This document shows, piece after piece, positions 23,483 through 36,055 of a DNA stretch of 64,000 nt; positions within the stretch are counted from its first letter, which is position 1; each line of letters opens with the position of its first letter. The DNA comes from Eukaryota sp. GEM-RC1 (lineage: Eukaryota), in contig JAUFOQ010000001.1 in the NCBI GenBank assembly GCA_040285855.1, positions 2,542,001 to 2,606,000 on the forward strand. Direction: 5' to 3'. Under the pieces are notes generated by a model. That model searched no databases and was not told the origin of the DNA. It worked only from the letters and a program-made list of their open reading frames with translations. A program made the position numbers and the translations under genes.

Positions 23483-25519
23483 TTATTCAATAATTTCAAG
23501 TACATGATCACTATAACACAACATAGCATACGGATAATAATTACCAGTACTTAATTTGGGAAGAGTTCCAGTAAGATTATTTGAAGAATTACTCACCGAT
23601 TTGATTGTTAAAGTGTGGTTAATGAGATTTACATTGATTTCGAGTAATTCACCAGGATTCCACCGAGTTTTGTTTCCTGAGAGACAACCCCAAACACCTC
23701 TACCATAATTGTGGAAACAGTGAGCACTCCCACAACCACCACCAAAAGTAAACTTTGACTCGTCAATGACTCCAACAATAAGACCACTAGAACCCCCCTG
23801 GTACCGCAACTTCCAAGTATACTCATTACCTGGAAGAAGTGGATCTTCTCCCAAGATATTTCTATCCACAATACCACCACTTCCAACAACAACTCTCTTT
23901 CTATCCCCACTAACTTGTAACTGAGACTGTTTCTTGGTTGGGGAGAATCTAATCACTTTTGATTGAGACACCACTTGAGTTTCTGTATCTGTCTTTTTAA
24001 GTTGTTCAATTTCTTGTTTTAGTTTAGCAATTTCTTTAGAATTTGTAGTAGTTAAATTTTGAATATCAGTTGTTAAACCGGAGATTTGTGTGGATAAATT
24101 AGAGTTGTTTGTTTCTAAATCAGAATTCTGTTTCTTCAAATTAGAAATTTCTTTTTTTGAATCACGTGATAATTGAGTAAGTTGATCTTTTAAAGCTCTA
24201 TTTTGCTGTGAAACAGTGGACAATTGATTTGCAATCTCTGAGTTCTTCTGTTTAGTAGCAGCTAACTGATTTTTGACAGAATTAAAGACAGATTCAGGTA
24301 CCTTTGATTTCAATTCCAACTCTAATTTAGAGTTTACATTTTTTAAATTTGTAGAAGACTGCTGCGACTCGGATAATTCACGTTCTTTTGTAGTGATTGC
24401 TGATTGCAGTGACAAAACTCGATTGGACAACTCTGTAATCTGATTTGATAATTTCACCAAATCAGCAGAAGATCGATCATTTACATGACTGTTTAATTCA
24501 TCTTCAGTTGACTCACATTCCTTTGGAAATTTTTCTGATAGTTTGTTCAAAGATTCATAAAGATCTTGTAAACTTGGTCTTTCATTCATGTCCACGTGGC
24601 AACAACTTGAAACCAGATCAACAACACGTTGGTCAATATTTGGAGGAAATTTCAATTGCAAGGGCGACATTTTGGCTCCACAAATTGCTACCACATCATA
24701 TCCTTCAAAAACTTTTTCATTACAAAACAATTCATAAAGAATCAGACCAAGGCTGTAGATATCAGATTTGAGACACCTTCTATTAGCTAAAGCTTCAGGA
24801 GCTGCATATTTCAAAGTAAAACATAGCTGATTAGTTCTGTGAGCAGTTGTTTCTGAAAGAACTTTTGAGGTACCAAAGTCACTCAATTTAGCTGCACCTC
24901 CTACAATCAACACGTTTTCTGGTTTAAGATCGCCATGTAGAATGTTGTGGGAGTGCAAATGTAGAAGTGCTTCTACGATCTGTTTAGCATAAGTTAAGGA
25001 GAGAGGAGAAACTGAGGAAGGTACAGTAAGGGAAGCGGACGCCTTTTCCATAACAATGCCAAGTTGATTCTCGGGTAACCAAACAAGGCCAAAGACACGC
25101 AGAACACACGGATGGTTGAGATTAAACATGGTCAGCAGTTCCTTACGGAGTCTAACTCTGTCCTTTTCAGAGTTACAGAGAACAACCTTCACCGCGATCG
25201 TTGCATTGCTCCACGTCCCAGAGTAGACGCGGGAGAATCCACCAACGCCAAGAGGTTTAGAGAAATCGATCAGCAGGTCGCTTTGAGGAATTTCGCAGAG
25301 GAACTCCCCAGATTTAGATGACGTGATAACATCTAATAACGCGAGATTGGTTACAGGCTCCGGCAGCTTTGGGCTCCGGCAGAAAGGACAGGCGGAAACA
25401 GAGGAAGCACATATCAAACACACGGTGTGCTGATTACGACAGATGACAGTGGGAATGCGATCCTTGGCGTCAAAGGGTTCTTCACATATTTTACATTGGA
25501 GGATGTTGGTAAGAGACAT
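23483..25519 (-). CDS. RING finger - TKL-like protein kinase - coiled coil - B30.2/SPRY-like protein
   Basis: C-x2-C...C-x3-H-x2-C-x2-C...CPFC RING; kinase motifs GVGGFSRVY, AVK, HGDLKPEN, DFG, APE. The C-terminal ~170 aa are nearly identical to the BTB paralogues. Confidence 0.9.
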   Translation of the reverse strand: MSLTNILQCKICEEPFDAKDRIPTVICRNQHTVCLICASSVSACPFCRSPKLPEPVTNLALLDVITSSKSGEFLCEIPQSDLLIDFSKPLGVGGFSRVYSGTWSNATIAVKVVLCNSEKDRVRLRKELLTMFNLNHPCVLRVFGLVWLPENQLGIVMEKASASLTVPSSVSPLSLTYAKQIVEALLHLHSHNILHGDLKPENVLIVGGAAKLSDFGTSKVLSETTAHRTNQLCFTLKYAAPEALANRRCLKSDIYSLGLILYELFCNEKVFEGYDVVAICGAKMSPLQLKFPPNIDQRVVDLVSSCCHVDMNERPSLQDLYESLNKLSEKFPKECESTEDELNSHVNDRSSADLVKLSNQITELSNRVLSLQSAITTKERELSESQQSSTNLKNVNSKLELELKSKVPESVFNSVKNQLAATKQKNSEIANQLSTVSQQNRALKDQLTQLSRDSKKEISNLKKQNSDLETNNSNLSTQISGLTTDIQNLTTTNSKEIAKLKQEIEQLKKTDTETQVVSQSKVIRFSPTKKQSQLQVSGDRKRVVVGSGGIVDRNILGEDPLLPGNEYTWKLRYQGGSSGLIVGVIDESKFTFGGGCGSAHCFHNYGRGVWGCLSGNKTRWNPGELLEINVNLINHTLTIKSVSNSSNNLTGTLPKLSTGNYYPYAMLCYSDHVLEIIE

Positions 25520-28500
25520 GATGAAGAACAATTGGAAGTTTTTGTTGGTTTCAAAATACAGTCTATTGAAAGTAAACTATGAAATAGAAGCCCCTTAGCT
25601 TAACTGTATGAACCCGCTTGGGGCTTCTGTGGGAGTTTATCTGAATACCCTCACCACATTTTACCTTAGTTTTTTCGTGTCTTAAATTTTACATTTATTT
25701 TACAGTACAACTACGGTTATGTTCATTCTTTAATGGCTTCGATATCAGATTCAAGAGCATCATTGGAGACATGAATTCGATTCGGTTCGAGTTCTTGAAT
25801 TTTGGAATAAAAAAGTGGCCCAACAGATTCGTTTTGAAATATATAAATTACTACTACTATTAATACAATCAGAAAGAAGACAGCCGTTGAGTCTTGGGTC
25901 GTCAAGATTCTACAACACGTTTTGCAACCAAATGACGGGATGGAGTTTTCAATTTAACATTTTTGTATGATGAAAAGATGTCTATTTGGATCCAATTATC
26001 TGCAGTCCTACATGTTACAAATAAACAGTTTTCAATTTTTTGAACAGATCAAAACTTCTGTTTCATGTGACTTCGTTTACGTGGGGGCTTTTACTTCATA
26101 GTATACTCAATACACATTCCACATGCAGCAAGTCTACTGTGGTCGATTTCACTTGTCTCAAATCAGTACGATAAATGTTGCTAATCAAAGACAAGAATAA
26201 CAAATCAATGTTATCAATAATCAGGGGTTTAAATGACTTTTTATTTGACGTGCCAGACATCCATTTAATCGTACTCATCTATTATTTAAAATATAAACAC
26301 TCGTGATGTAAATAACTTGAGTTGCATCACCTAAAAAATATTTGAAAAAACATTCAAATTATTTGACGATGACGTGATCAAATCACTGACGACGAATCAG
26401 AAAATGACCACCATATACTTGTATTGAAATAGTTTAATAGCTGTACAATTAAGTGAAAATGGGATCAGCTGTACCTGAACGTGTCTGTACACATTGTAGA
26501 TTTGCTATTGAACAAGAAACTAAGAATAAAATATGTCTACCTATTGAGCAAAATTCTATCACTATGAAAAGAAAATATCAAGCTAATGCACTACATTAAA
26601 ATCTCTTTACTAGTAATTGCACACTTTTTTCAGTTAATAATTGGATGACGGGGATGCAAGTTGATTGCACACTTTGCATATGCACACCAACATGGGCACA
26701 ACACCATTTCTAATTGCACACATTGACCTCTTTTGTCTCACCTACTGAGTCATTAGTCGCACAACAATGTGTTTTATTACGAGAACACTACAGTGAATTA
26801 CCCTAAAAACACTAAACCAGTAACAAAAACGCACTTCATTTTTGATACAGCCCACATGTGTTATAAAGTGGTGGTGTATTAGCTAAATGTATAACTCTCA
26901 ATGCAGTTATATATACCTCTATGATTTTAACCACGTAACAGATTTTATGAATATTAGTGTATGAATTGCAGATAGCGTAATTCTCTTGTAACCATCAAAG
27001 ACAATTGGTTCGACAGTATTTGGATGTGCTAGAAAAGTTGTGACTGTAAAATCAGTGTTAATTTACTCAACTAAAGTACGAGATATTTAGGTCATCTAAT
27101 TGAGCCAAGTGCGGAAAACAGAAAGTTCTTTCAACAATATTTGTATATTGACTAAACGTAATCAAATTCTTCGGTTTTCTCGATAAGAGAAACAAACTAT
27201 ACGACTTAACGTCGTGTTTTTTATTGCATCCTCTATATTTGCACACAAAATGCGTGCACAAATAGTAGGGCAATTATAGAGGGTTCAAAGTAGACTAGTC
27301 AATAGACATATTTCTCGTTGGCTCCATCTTCCAACCTAACGCTTAACAAGCTGATATCCATTGGTCAAGGAGAGAAGGTTCTTTTCTCCTAAGAGAGTCT
27401 TAAGTTCTGAATCTGCTTATTCAGATTTACAATGTATCTACGAAGCCGGACTAGAGTTAAACACTTTAATATACTGATTCAAATAAATAATGAAAACAAT
27501 ATTTAAACTTAAAATACAGAATAACATACTATCATTACTTAAAAGATATTAAACGCTCTAGATCTACTACTGAACCACTATACAACTTGTCCAACATACA
27601 ATTCAAACACTATGGAAAAGTTCTATACAATGAAAAAATAATGCGATTACAAGGACAAGGAGACTGATTAAAAATTTTCTTTTACTCACACCCCTATTTT
27701 CAAATCGAATCAAATAAATTCTCAGCAGCACTTCCAATATTATCCAGAGTTGATATTTCAAAAGGAATATAATTAACGAAAGAAATTTATGATACTTTCT
27801 TTATTTTATCAAATCGAGTCCCGCCATTTTTCATTTTATAAATTTTGGTTTGATCCCAAAGCCTTGCATTAATACAGAAAATTGGCGGCGTGGTGAAACA
27901 GCGTGGCAAGGAGTCTTTCAACCAAAATTATTGGAAAAACAGATTGGTGTTTAATGAATGCAAAATGCAAAATCTCATATCGCTACAGACACCACATATT
28001 TAAATATCATCAATTGTACATAATTAATTAAATTAATTCAAATAACGTATTTGATGGTCCAACATGTATCTAAAAGACGTTAACTGCAGTGTTTTCAGTT
28101 TTCAAGACTATCCTTCAGATGCTGAAAAGTAGTGTGATTTCTTTAGGTTATCAGTACATAAAAAAGACTACTGCATTCTGTTAATTGTCTGTAGTCGTAA
28201 GATACTGTTATTTGAAAGAGTAGTTTTCTGGTTATTGAAGTAGCTTTATAGCAAGATTTTGCAGGCATTCAAATAAAATTAAACGTCCCTGAGTGTCAAT
28301 AGAACTCGACGTTATATTGAACACTTATACAATTCTGTTAACTTTTTACAAGACATGTGTATACTGTTGACTATTCGAAAATTAACTTCTACATTTGTAT
28401 TAGATGCTGGACAGATATAGAAAAACATGATACCGCAATGATTCAAAATGAGATGACACGTATATTAAAATCTCAATAATCAAAAAACGGGGGGTAACTA

Positions 28501-28847
28501 TTAAGTTTACCAAACTTTTCATTCGAAACAAGCGTAAATTCTACCTAGACAAAGAATGGAACGCAAATAAACCATAATGATGTCACTTCAGATATTCTGG
28601 ATGGTACATACGTACCAAATATTAGCGAACACTAATAGAGAGTTGTCTGTAGCCTAGTTAAAATCCAATATAAATTGGCTGGAAAAACTGATAATGAAAA
28701 TGTGAATTCTAAAAAACACCCAAAAGTAAAACAAGTTGATAGTGTGTAGCCACCGTAATATTTTTAAATAATTGAGGAAAACCATAATCTTTCATTTCAA
28801 TTATTGAATGCAACAAACAAGTTTCTCAAAGATCAATATAACGGAGA

Positions 28848-29387
28848 CTAGCAAGGTGAAAAGAAAAATAAGACAAACATTACCAAGACACAAACATGAA
28901 AAGAATAGAACATCAAATTAACTAATACTTTGTGCTTTGTCAATCCAACAGGTATTTGATAGCTCCCACTCCAATCACTGTAAACGTCATCACCCGAAAT
29001 CACAGTAATTGGAGGCAACAACAAGTATTTCTCAGAACAAGAAGGTTCATGATATCTTACATGGATTGGTAACGTGATATGATTGTTGACGTGACGATTA
29101 AAAAGATACACTGATTGAGCTTTGGATAGGAATGAAGAAGACTCAATGTCTGAAGGACGGTAGTGGTGGATAACATAATCAGGAGAGTCAATGAGTTCAA
29201 ATGAATCAATGTAGAATGAAGAAGGTAGAACTAAAAGCAAGGAAGAAGAGGTACAGTTTGAAAGAAGAGACAGATGTCCATGAAAGCCAGTTAGTTCCAT
29301 ATCAATGAAGAAACAATCAGTATTGAGAAATGCCCCAAATGATAAAGTAAACAAAGTGAAGATATACAGCAGATTACATAGATGCAT
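28848..29387 (-). CDS. PIG-X/PBN1-like GPI-mannosyltransferase I subunit
   Basis: Signal peptide, GFH.HL, LPSSFYIDSFEL, DIESSS, LPIHVRYHEP, IPVG..H and a C-terminal transmembrane helix. Confidence 0.7.
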   Translation of the reverse strand: MHLCNLLYIFTLFTLSFGAFLNTDCFFIDMELTGFHGHLSLLSNCTSSSLLLVLPSSFYIDSFELIDSPDYVIHHYRPSDIESSSFLSKAQSVYLFNRHVNNHITLPIHVRYHEPSCSEKYLLLPPITVISGDDVYSDWSGSYQIPVGLTKHKVLVNLMFYSFHVCVLVMFVLFFFSPC

Positions 29388-29483
29388 AGATCCTCAGGAT
29401 CCGATTAGTTCAAGAGCTAAACTAATAACTGGTAACAAATTGTTTGTAGAAACAAAACACCAGAATGGAATTCAACTGACACA

Positions 29484-30482
29484 ATGTCTAACCTACCATG
29501 GGTTGAAAAATATCGTCCTGAATCCTTAGATGATGTTATAGCTCACAAAGACATCATATCTACTCTAAGACATCTACTTAACTCAAACAGACTTCCTCAC
29601 TTACTCTTTTATGGACCTCCAGGAACAGGTAAAACGTCTACTATTGTCGCCATAGCTAAACACCTCTACAAAGAACACTACTCTCGCATGACTCTCGAAC
29701 TCAATGCTTCAGACGAACGTGGAATTGACGTCGTCCGTGAGAAAATCAAAGACTTCGCTGCAACCGGAGTCCTCTTCTCATCTGGTCACAAACTAATCAT
29801 TCTAGACGAAGCTGACCAAATGACACGTGATGCACAGTCAGCACTTCGAAGAATAGTTGAGAAGTACACTTCCAATGTCAGATTCTGTCTCATTTGCAAC
29901 AACGTCAACAAGATCATCCCAGCCATCCAATCTCGATGTACTCGCTTTAGATTCGGTCCTCTTCCAACCCCTGCTGTTCGAGAGTGTTTAGATAGGATCA
30001 TTATAAGTGAAGGAGTTGAGGCTGATGCTTCTGGTAGGGATGCCTTGGTAAGTATCTGTGGTGGTGATATGAGACGTGTTTTGAACGTGTTACAGAGTAC
30101 GGTGTTGTCATTTGGTGTGGTTAATGCTTCGAATGTTTATTCTACTACTGGTCAACCGGATCCAATGATTGTTACTGAAATTTTAAATAGTTTGCTGCAA
30201 GAAGACATTCGAGTCTCAGTTCAAAAGCTAGAAGAACTTTCTTTAAACGAGGGAATCTCCCTCTTGGATATACTACAAGCCATTCATGATAAGGTTGTTC
30301 ATCAAGACTGGCCGCCTTCGGTGAAGTGTTTTATATTGAAGGAATTAGCTGGACTTGAGGTCAGATTGAACATGGGAGCTAATGAGTCGATACAGGGAAG
30401 TGGGCTGGCAGGAGTGTTCATGATTGCAAGGGAAACAGTTGGGAAAATAGTAGACGGACAAGAGGAATCAATGGTTTCGTAG
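29484..30482 (+). CDS. RFC5: Replication factor C small subunit (human RFC5 / yeast Rfc3 type)
   Basis: [69 protein letters not shown]. Confidence 0.92.
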   Translation: MSNLPWVEKYRPESLDDVIAHKDIISTLRHLLNSNRLPHLLFYGPPGTGKTSTIVAIAKHLYKEHYSRMTLELNASDERGIDVVREKIKDFAATGVLFSSGHKLIILDEADQMTRDAQSALRRIVEKYTSNVRFCLICNNVNKIIPAIQSRCTRFRFGPLPTPAVRECLDRIIISEGVEADASGRDALVSICGGDMRRVLNVLQSTVLSFGVVNASNVYSTTGQPDPMIVTEILNSLLQEDIRVSVQKLEELSLNEGISLLDILQAIHDKVVHQDWPPSVKCFILKELAGLEVRLNMGANESIQGSGLAGVFMIARETVGKIVDGQEESMVS

Positions 30483-31174
30483 GAATATTTAATTTTTTCT
30501 GGAATTTTTATTGTTTAATTTTTGTATGATGAATGTTAACCCACTGATTGTTAAAAAATGATTTTACAGTGGATGTTGTTTGCTCAACGCGACTTTACAT
30601 CTACGGTTTTATAAAATCTACATTTCTCGTCTTGATTCTTCTAATCTCATGGCTATTTTATTACTTCCAAAATATATCACTAAAATTGAAAACTCCAGTC
30701 CCAACAAATATTTGGTACACATCAACTTGTCCTATTGGAATCAACACGTAAGTACATTGATTTCAAAAGTGGACAGGTCATTTGGTCTCACGTGGTAACA
30801 CTCTACATTCTTGAAACCATTTTTGACTAGCTCAAACTATAAACAATCCATGAAGATACCGAAAACGGCAGAAAGTAAATTCTTCTGTGTCTTCGAGAAT
30901 TGAAACTGTGAAGCATCCTTGTGTATGTTCTTAGATACCGTATCGAACTCCGCAACTGCCAGTGGACCACATTCTAGTATAGGTAGAGTGTTTTTCAGTT
31001 CCAGAGAAGTACATTATCGTACCTCCTGGGTTGACTTTTCAGTAACTTCCCACAGTCAAGCTATTACACTCTATATCAAAGATTGAGAACTGAAAGAGAA
31101 AGAATTCACACAGTGCCATTATATGTAGTGCTGGGTTGACGCAAAAAATTTCATTTATTCAAAATTTTCAACAA

Positions 31175-34100
31175 ATGGTAAGACTCTCCCGATTCTCATC
31201 TTCAGCAATTACTCCTAAGTAGTTCAGACTCTGAAGAGGAACTAATTCTTCCTTCAATCAGTACCTGTTACAATGTTCAAATTCATCGTTCTATAAGCTT
31301 TGTTAAAGAACTTCCTCCCATACCTGTCTATTTGTTTTCACTCAGGGACGATGCTGATGAGGTTTCAGACTACATCCACATGCTTCGTAAGTCAATTCCG
31401 TTAGACTATCCCTTTATTGCTGTTGATGGTGAATGGAGGAAGAATACATTGGATGTACTTCAGCTGGGAACCCCCTCTATCTGCATGGTAATTCAAGTCC
31501 ATAAAGTGAAACAACTCAACAATGATTTGCGGGATTTACTGACAACTGCAGACATTACCAAAGTATTCAAAGCCAAGCAAGAAGATGTCAAAAGGATCAA
31601 GAAGATGTGGAAAACCAATGTATCCCCTGTTTATGACATTGAAAGCTACTTTCTGGGCATGGGCAAGATATACCAACAACGACTAGGAAAGACCAAGGAT
31701 GATCTTGGCTCTATCTCACATCCTTTGTCGGTCTTTTCTGCTCATGGATATACTCTACTATGCACTAAGGGGAGAGAAACCACAATGAGTAACTGGAGTG
31801 CTGATACTCTGTCTGCAGAACAAATAGAATATGCTGCGCTTGATGCTTTCTGGATAGCGTTCAATTACTACTTAAAGGTATCTCATCATATCGAAGCAGT
31901 CCCAAGACCAGCAGACCAGCCTTGTTTCTCCTTTTCGAATACCAACATCTCCTTCTTCAATGCTAATGCTTCTTCTTATCCCTTCAGAGAAATTCTGCCT
32001 TTCCCCGATCGTGAGTTCTTTCTGTATTGGTTAACAAATGCTCGTCCTTCTTGTTGTGATGTTCATGATCTCAGTGATGACGTGATTAAGAAGTCATCCT
32101 CGTTATTGTCTTCCTTGTCTAGTTCCAAGATTGTTTCTCGTTGCTTAACCACCTTTGCCTCTGTTCTATTCAAAATCCTTGACCAAAACAACAACAGATC
32201 TCTCATCTTCTCCTTTTGTCCAAGTAATACCTACTCCTTCTTCTTTGAGAAACATGAGTTCAACACAGGTTCTTTTGTGAACCTATGCCTAAGACTTCTT
32301 GTTCCTCTTTTGACAGACAACAACCTCAAATGTCTTCATGCCATTCTCCATCCACAGGAGTATCCAATGTACTTTCTAACTATTACTCACAATCTCTTAG
32401 CGCTAGCAATGGATTGGAATTCATTGGAAATAATTAAAGGGTTTGAACTAACTAGTGACATGTTTGAAGTCAGTGATGACGTGGCAGTTTTGGATAGTTC
32501 TATGATGAACTTTCTCTCTCAGAGCATTGAGTTCAACTCCAATGAACAGGAAACCAATCAAAAGAATGTTGTTATCTGTGTAGATTTACCTCATGTTACT
32601 TACTTCAAACTTAATTCTTCTAGCAGTAATTCTGATGCTGCAACTCAAACTTTATTAGACTCAATTTCTCCAACAAATCCTAGAGTTACAATCTTTGCGA
32701 GGTCTGTAGTTAAAGTAATTGATCAAATAATTTTGGCTTCTGATACTGTTATTTTAAATTTTGAAGTTGGAATCGATCACGTTATACCTTCTCTAATAGC
32801 AGACTTGTTTTTGGATAACACAATTTCTAAAGACTTCGTCGGACTTTCATGTACTCCTGAAGATTTAGCTCAATACTTCTTCCTTACCACTCTCAATAAC
32901 TTCAGTAATTACACGTCACTTATCTCTGAGTACTTTAATGAGATATTCTCTTCTCCACTGAATATTGAAAGTTCTACGAACTCTTTGCTTCTTACCAATT
33001 TCTATTTACACCAATGCAATCAGTTTCTTGTTGATTGTTCATCTCCTTTGGAAATATTAATAACATTTGGAATTCATTTGTTTTTGTTAAAGACAGTTGG
33101 TGAAACACGTGTGGAAAGAATGGTTTCATTGGATGTCACTGCTCATGTTGTTTCGCCACAACTTCTAAATTTAATTACGGTTCATTTTACAGTCGACACG
33201 AACTCAAAATTTCAATTTCTCCCTTACGATTTCCCTTTTGTCGACGAAACTGATCCCCTTTATGAAAGTCAATCACTTGGGGTTTCTGTTGTTAGGAATC
33301 AAGGTCAGTATCATAGTCCTTGTAAACTCAAAATTAGTTTTGATCTGCCAATCAATTTTGATCAATTGATTGTGGATAGTATGAAACTTTCAAATCTTTT
33401 TGGTACTGTATCAGTCTCCAAGTCAAATAAGTTGACGTTTTCCGTCACAACTTTACATCAATTGTTTGCTCTAGAACGTTTAATGTTGAATGACGTCACC
33501 TTTAGTCCAAAGCTTCTTTCATTAGGATTAGGTTACCAACAAGCTGCAGTTAAAGTCTTTGGTAAAGAAAACGTTACGATTAACCTTCCTCTTTTGAATA
33601 TATTTGAAATTATTCGACAATTTCCTGATGAAGACTTCTTCCCAAGTTTAAAGGATTGGTTATTTACTGAGTCGTCGTGTACTTTTCCAATTAATCTTTC
33701 TCATTCCTGTCAGCTTAGGTCATGTGTTTCCAACTTAAAACTTGATGAAATTTTTAAATTTTCATCTACAATTCCGTCCGATGAATTGGTGAAAACCGAT
33801 GTTATTTCCCAATATCTGGACCGTATTGTGTCAAAATTCCTTAAAAAACGCCGTATCAAAGGACCGATCCCGAATTTAAATAAGTTTGGTTTTTCAGAAA
33901 ATCTCGAATCGTTAGTCAGAGTGGGACTAACTATTAAAGATTTGCTAACACTTGTACCACTGTTTGTGGACGAAATTTGTGACGTATCAAAGTGGCTTTT
34001 TGAAGTTGATTTTGGTCCTCTAGCGCCTGTTTTTGATGCATTAGGTGCTATATGTGGATGTGTTTATGCCGCTGTTTTTGACAAGGAAATTCCTTTCAAA

Positions 34101-34232
34101 GAACGAAGAAGTAATGCGCACGATTTTTTACTTTATTTGATTAGTGAAGGTCAATTTGAGAAACTGAAACAATCACCGGTACATAAAGTAGCAAAAATGC
34201 TTGTTTCTGATTTTAATAATCGGTCTGAATAA
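31175..34232 (+). CDS. Large protein with N-terminal WRN/EXD-type DEDDy 3'-5' exonuclease; intron after the start codon
   Basis: ExoI IAVDGEW, LQL, ExoIII SNWSADTLSAEQIEYAALDA. ATG 31175-31177 plus a 28-nt intron joins in frame to the 31332 ORF. Confidence 0.8.
31178..31205 (+). other. Predicted 28-nt spliceosomal intron
   Basis: GTAAGACTCTCCCGATTCTCATCTTCAG directly after ATG. Removal opens a stop-free frame into the exonuclease ORF. Confidence 0.8.
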
Positions 34233-34984
34233 TTCTTATTTGTTACCATCATTGTCTTTGTTTTTAATATATTGTTTTTTAAAGCTGTATTTGTGTTGTA
34301 AAATTTACACGGTCTCTCATTTTGGATATCTCAGTGTCTTGAAGAAAGTGTTGCTGAACAAATAAAATCACATGTTTACACAAGAAATAATTAAAGGGAA
34401 CAGTTCTGATTCTACTAGCAAGCTTAGTAAAATCAAAACAATAATATCCTGGCGATTCAATGAATGGAAGCACAATAGTGAACGACAATTCGGCCTCGAC
34501 CTAATTCAACCTCGTGGTTAACAACAACCCCATCGTGACTGAATCTCCTCTTTTGTAACATCAACGTTACTTGTGATAGATGGACCGTGGTCAGTGTTGT
34601 GTGGTAAGTTGTCAATTTAACCCAGTCCCTGAAGAAGAGGATTTCATTTAAATGAAACTGGGCACTCTAAGTTTTGATTTGTTCAATTTGCGATTTCCAT
34701 TTCTGTTAACATTGGTCCAGCACGTTCAACAACATTTTAAACTTTTTGATTATTTACGCCGTTCTAAAGGGAAGCTTTCTAATGGTATTGTTTGAATAGT
34801 CGTATTATGCTTGGGCTTTTCAGGATTATTCATAAGGACACATATCTAAGTTACATACTGTCAGACTTACATTTATACTACATGTAAGTTGTATAGGACT
34901 AGTTCTCGAGTTGATGTGGAGACCTTTACTTTACAGTATGAATTCAGCAATGTAAAAAGTTCATACATTTTTCTTCTGTTACAT

Positions 34985-35995
34985 TTTTCCTGCTGAATTG
35001 CTCGACAATTCTGAATGTGTATGTACTCATCGTCGCAATGCAACTTTTAGTCATGTAATTAATTGCCCCAAATTTATTCAATTTCGTTCAGTTCTTCATA
35101 ATGCTGTCAGAGATCTTATATTTGAAATGTTTAACGCTCATGGATTTCAAGCCAAGGTTGAACCATTATTTAGTAAGTTGGGACTTGATTTAATTAAGAA
35201 TTCTCGTCGAGGTGACTTACATGGTCCTTTTGTTGATTCAAATTATCCTGGATGTTACAACAGTAGATCCATTTGCTCAAATTTATGTTAATGGCTTTAA
35301 TTCAAAAAGTTTCAATCACCTATAAACAGCTGGGAAAAACGTGAAATTGATTTGTATTCCAAAAATGTTGCTCAACTCAATCAAAATTTATATTCAAAAT
35401 TTATATTTGCTATTTCTATTATTGATAGTATAATACGAGAAGTAGTTCCACACGATGGACTTCGTTGGAGAAGTTGGACGAGCTTCAGGTTGGGCTTCAG
35501 GTTCCTCTCCCGAAAGATATTGTATATCAGACATGTAAGAAAAATGTGTAATGTATTATTCCAAGTAAACACAATACTATTGATACAAATACATAGAACC
35601 ATATGGTTCGTGGTTCTGGTTTGGTTCAGACGTCTATGGTTCTGGTTTGGTGTGGTTTAGACGTGTGTGGTTTTGGGTTGGGTTGGTTCAAATTTTGAGA
35701 ACGAAAACCAAACCAAACCAATCCATTACCATCCCTAGTATTGGTGAATTGGCTTCTAAATTTTTAAGTGATTTTGGATCTATGTGTAAGTCTCAGAATA
35801 TGAGATTTAACTTATCATTTTGGCATAACCGTTTGATTTATTTTTTGCCCCGTTCGATGCCTAAGTTTTTTAATCAATCATCACAAAGTTGTATAAGAAC
35901 TGTGGTAGTGTTGACCAGGAATTATCAGTGTCTAGTGTTTCATAGCTTTCAATTCGATATGTACTTTTGCCCCCTTCATCTATAAACTGTTTTTA
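34985..35995 (+). mobile_element. 3' remnant of RLE-type non-LTR retrotransposon, copy 3, with ~310-bp internal insertion
   Basis: CVCTHRR..HVINC..LHNAVRD..NSRRGDL..LDVT..DP; DNA aligns with copies 1 and 2 and is interrupted at about 35432-35735. Confidence 0.75.
35432..35737. mobile_element. Insert ending in a hAT-like terminus
   Basis: Ends CCATTACCATCCCTA (reverse complement TAGGGATG..., as in Ac-like termini) with GGTTT/AAACC subterminal repeats. TAGTAT is duplicated on both sides. No matching left TIR. Confidence 0.4.
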
Positions 35996-36055
35996 TTACA
36001 AATTGTGAAGATACTCAAAACGAACCACTGCATTTCTCTCCTTGCTTTGCTTTTC

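Noticed and set aside
25600..28800. Long intergenic region with scattered TTGCACAC motifs and short ORFs
   Set aside because: No convincing TIR/TSD pair, RNA gene or coding signal; probably decayed repeats.
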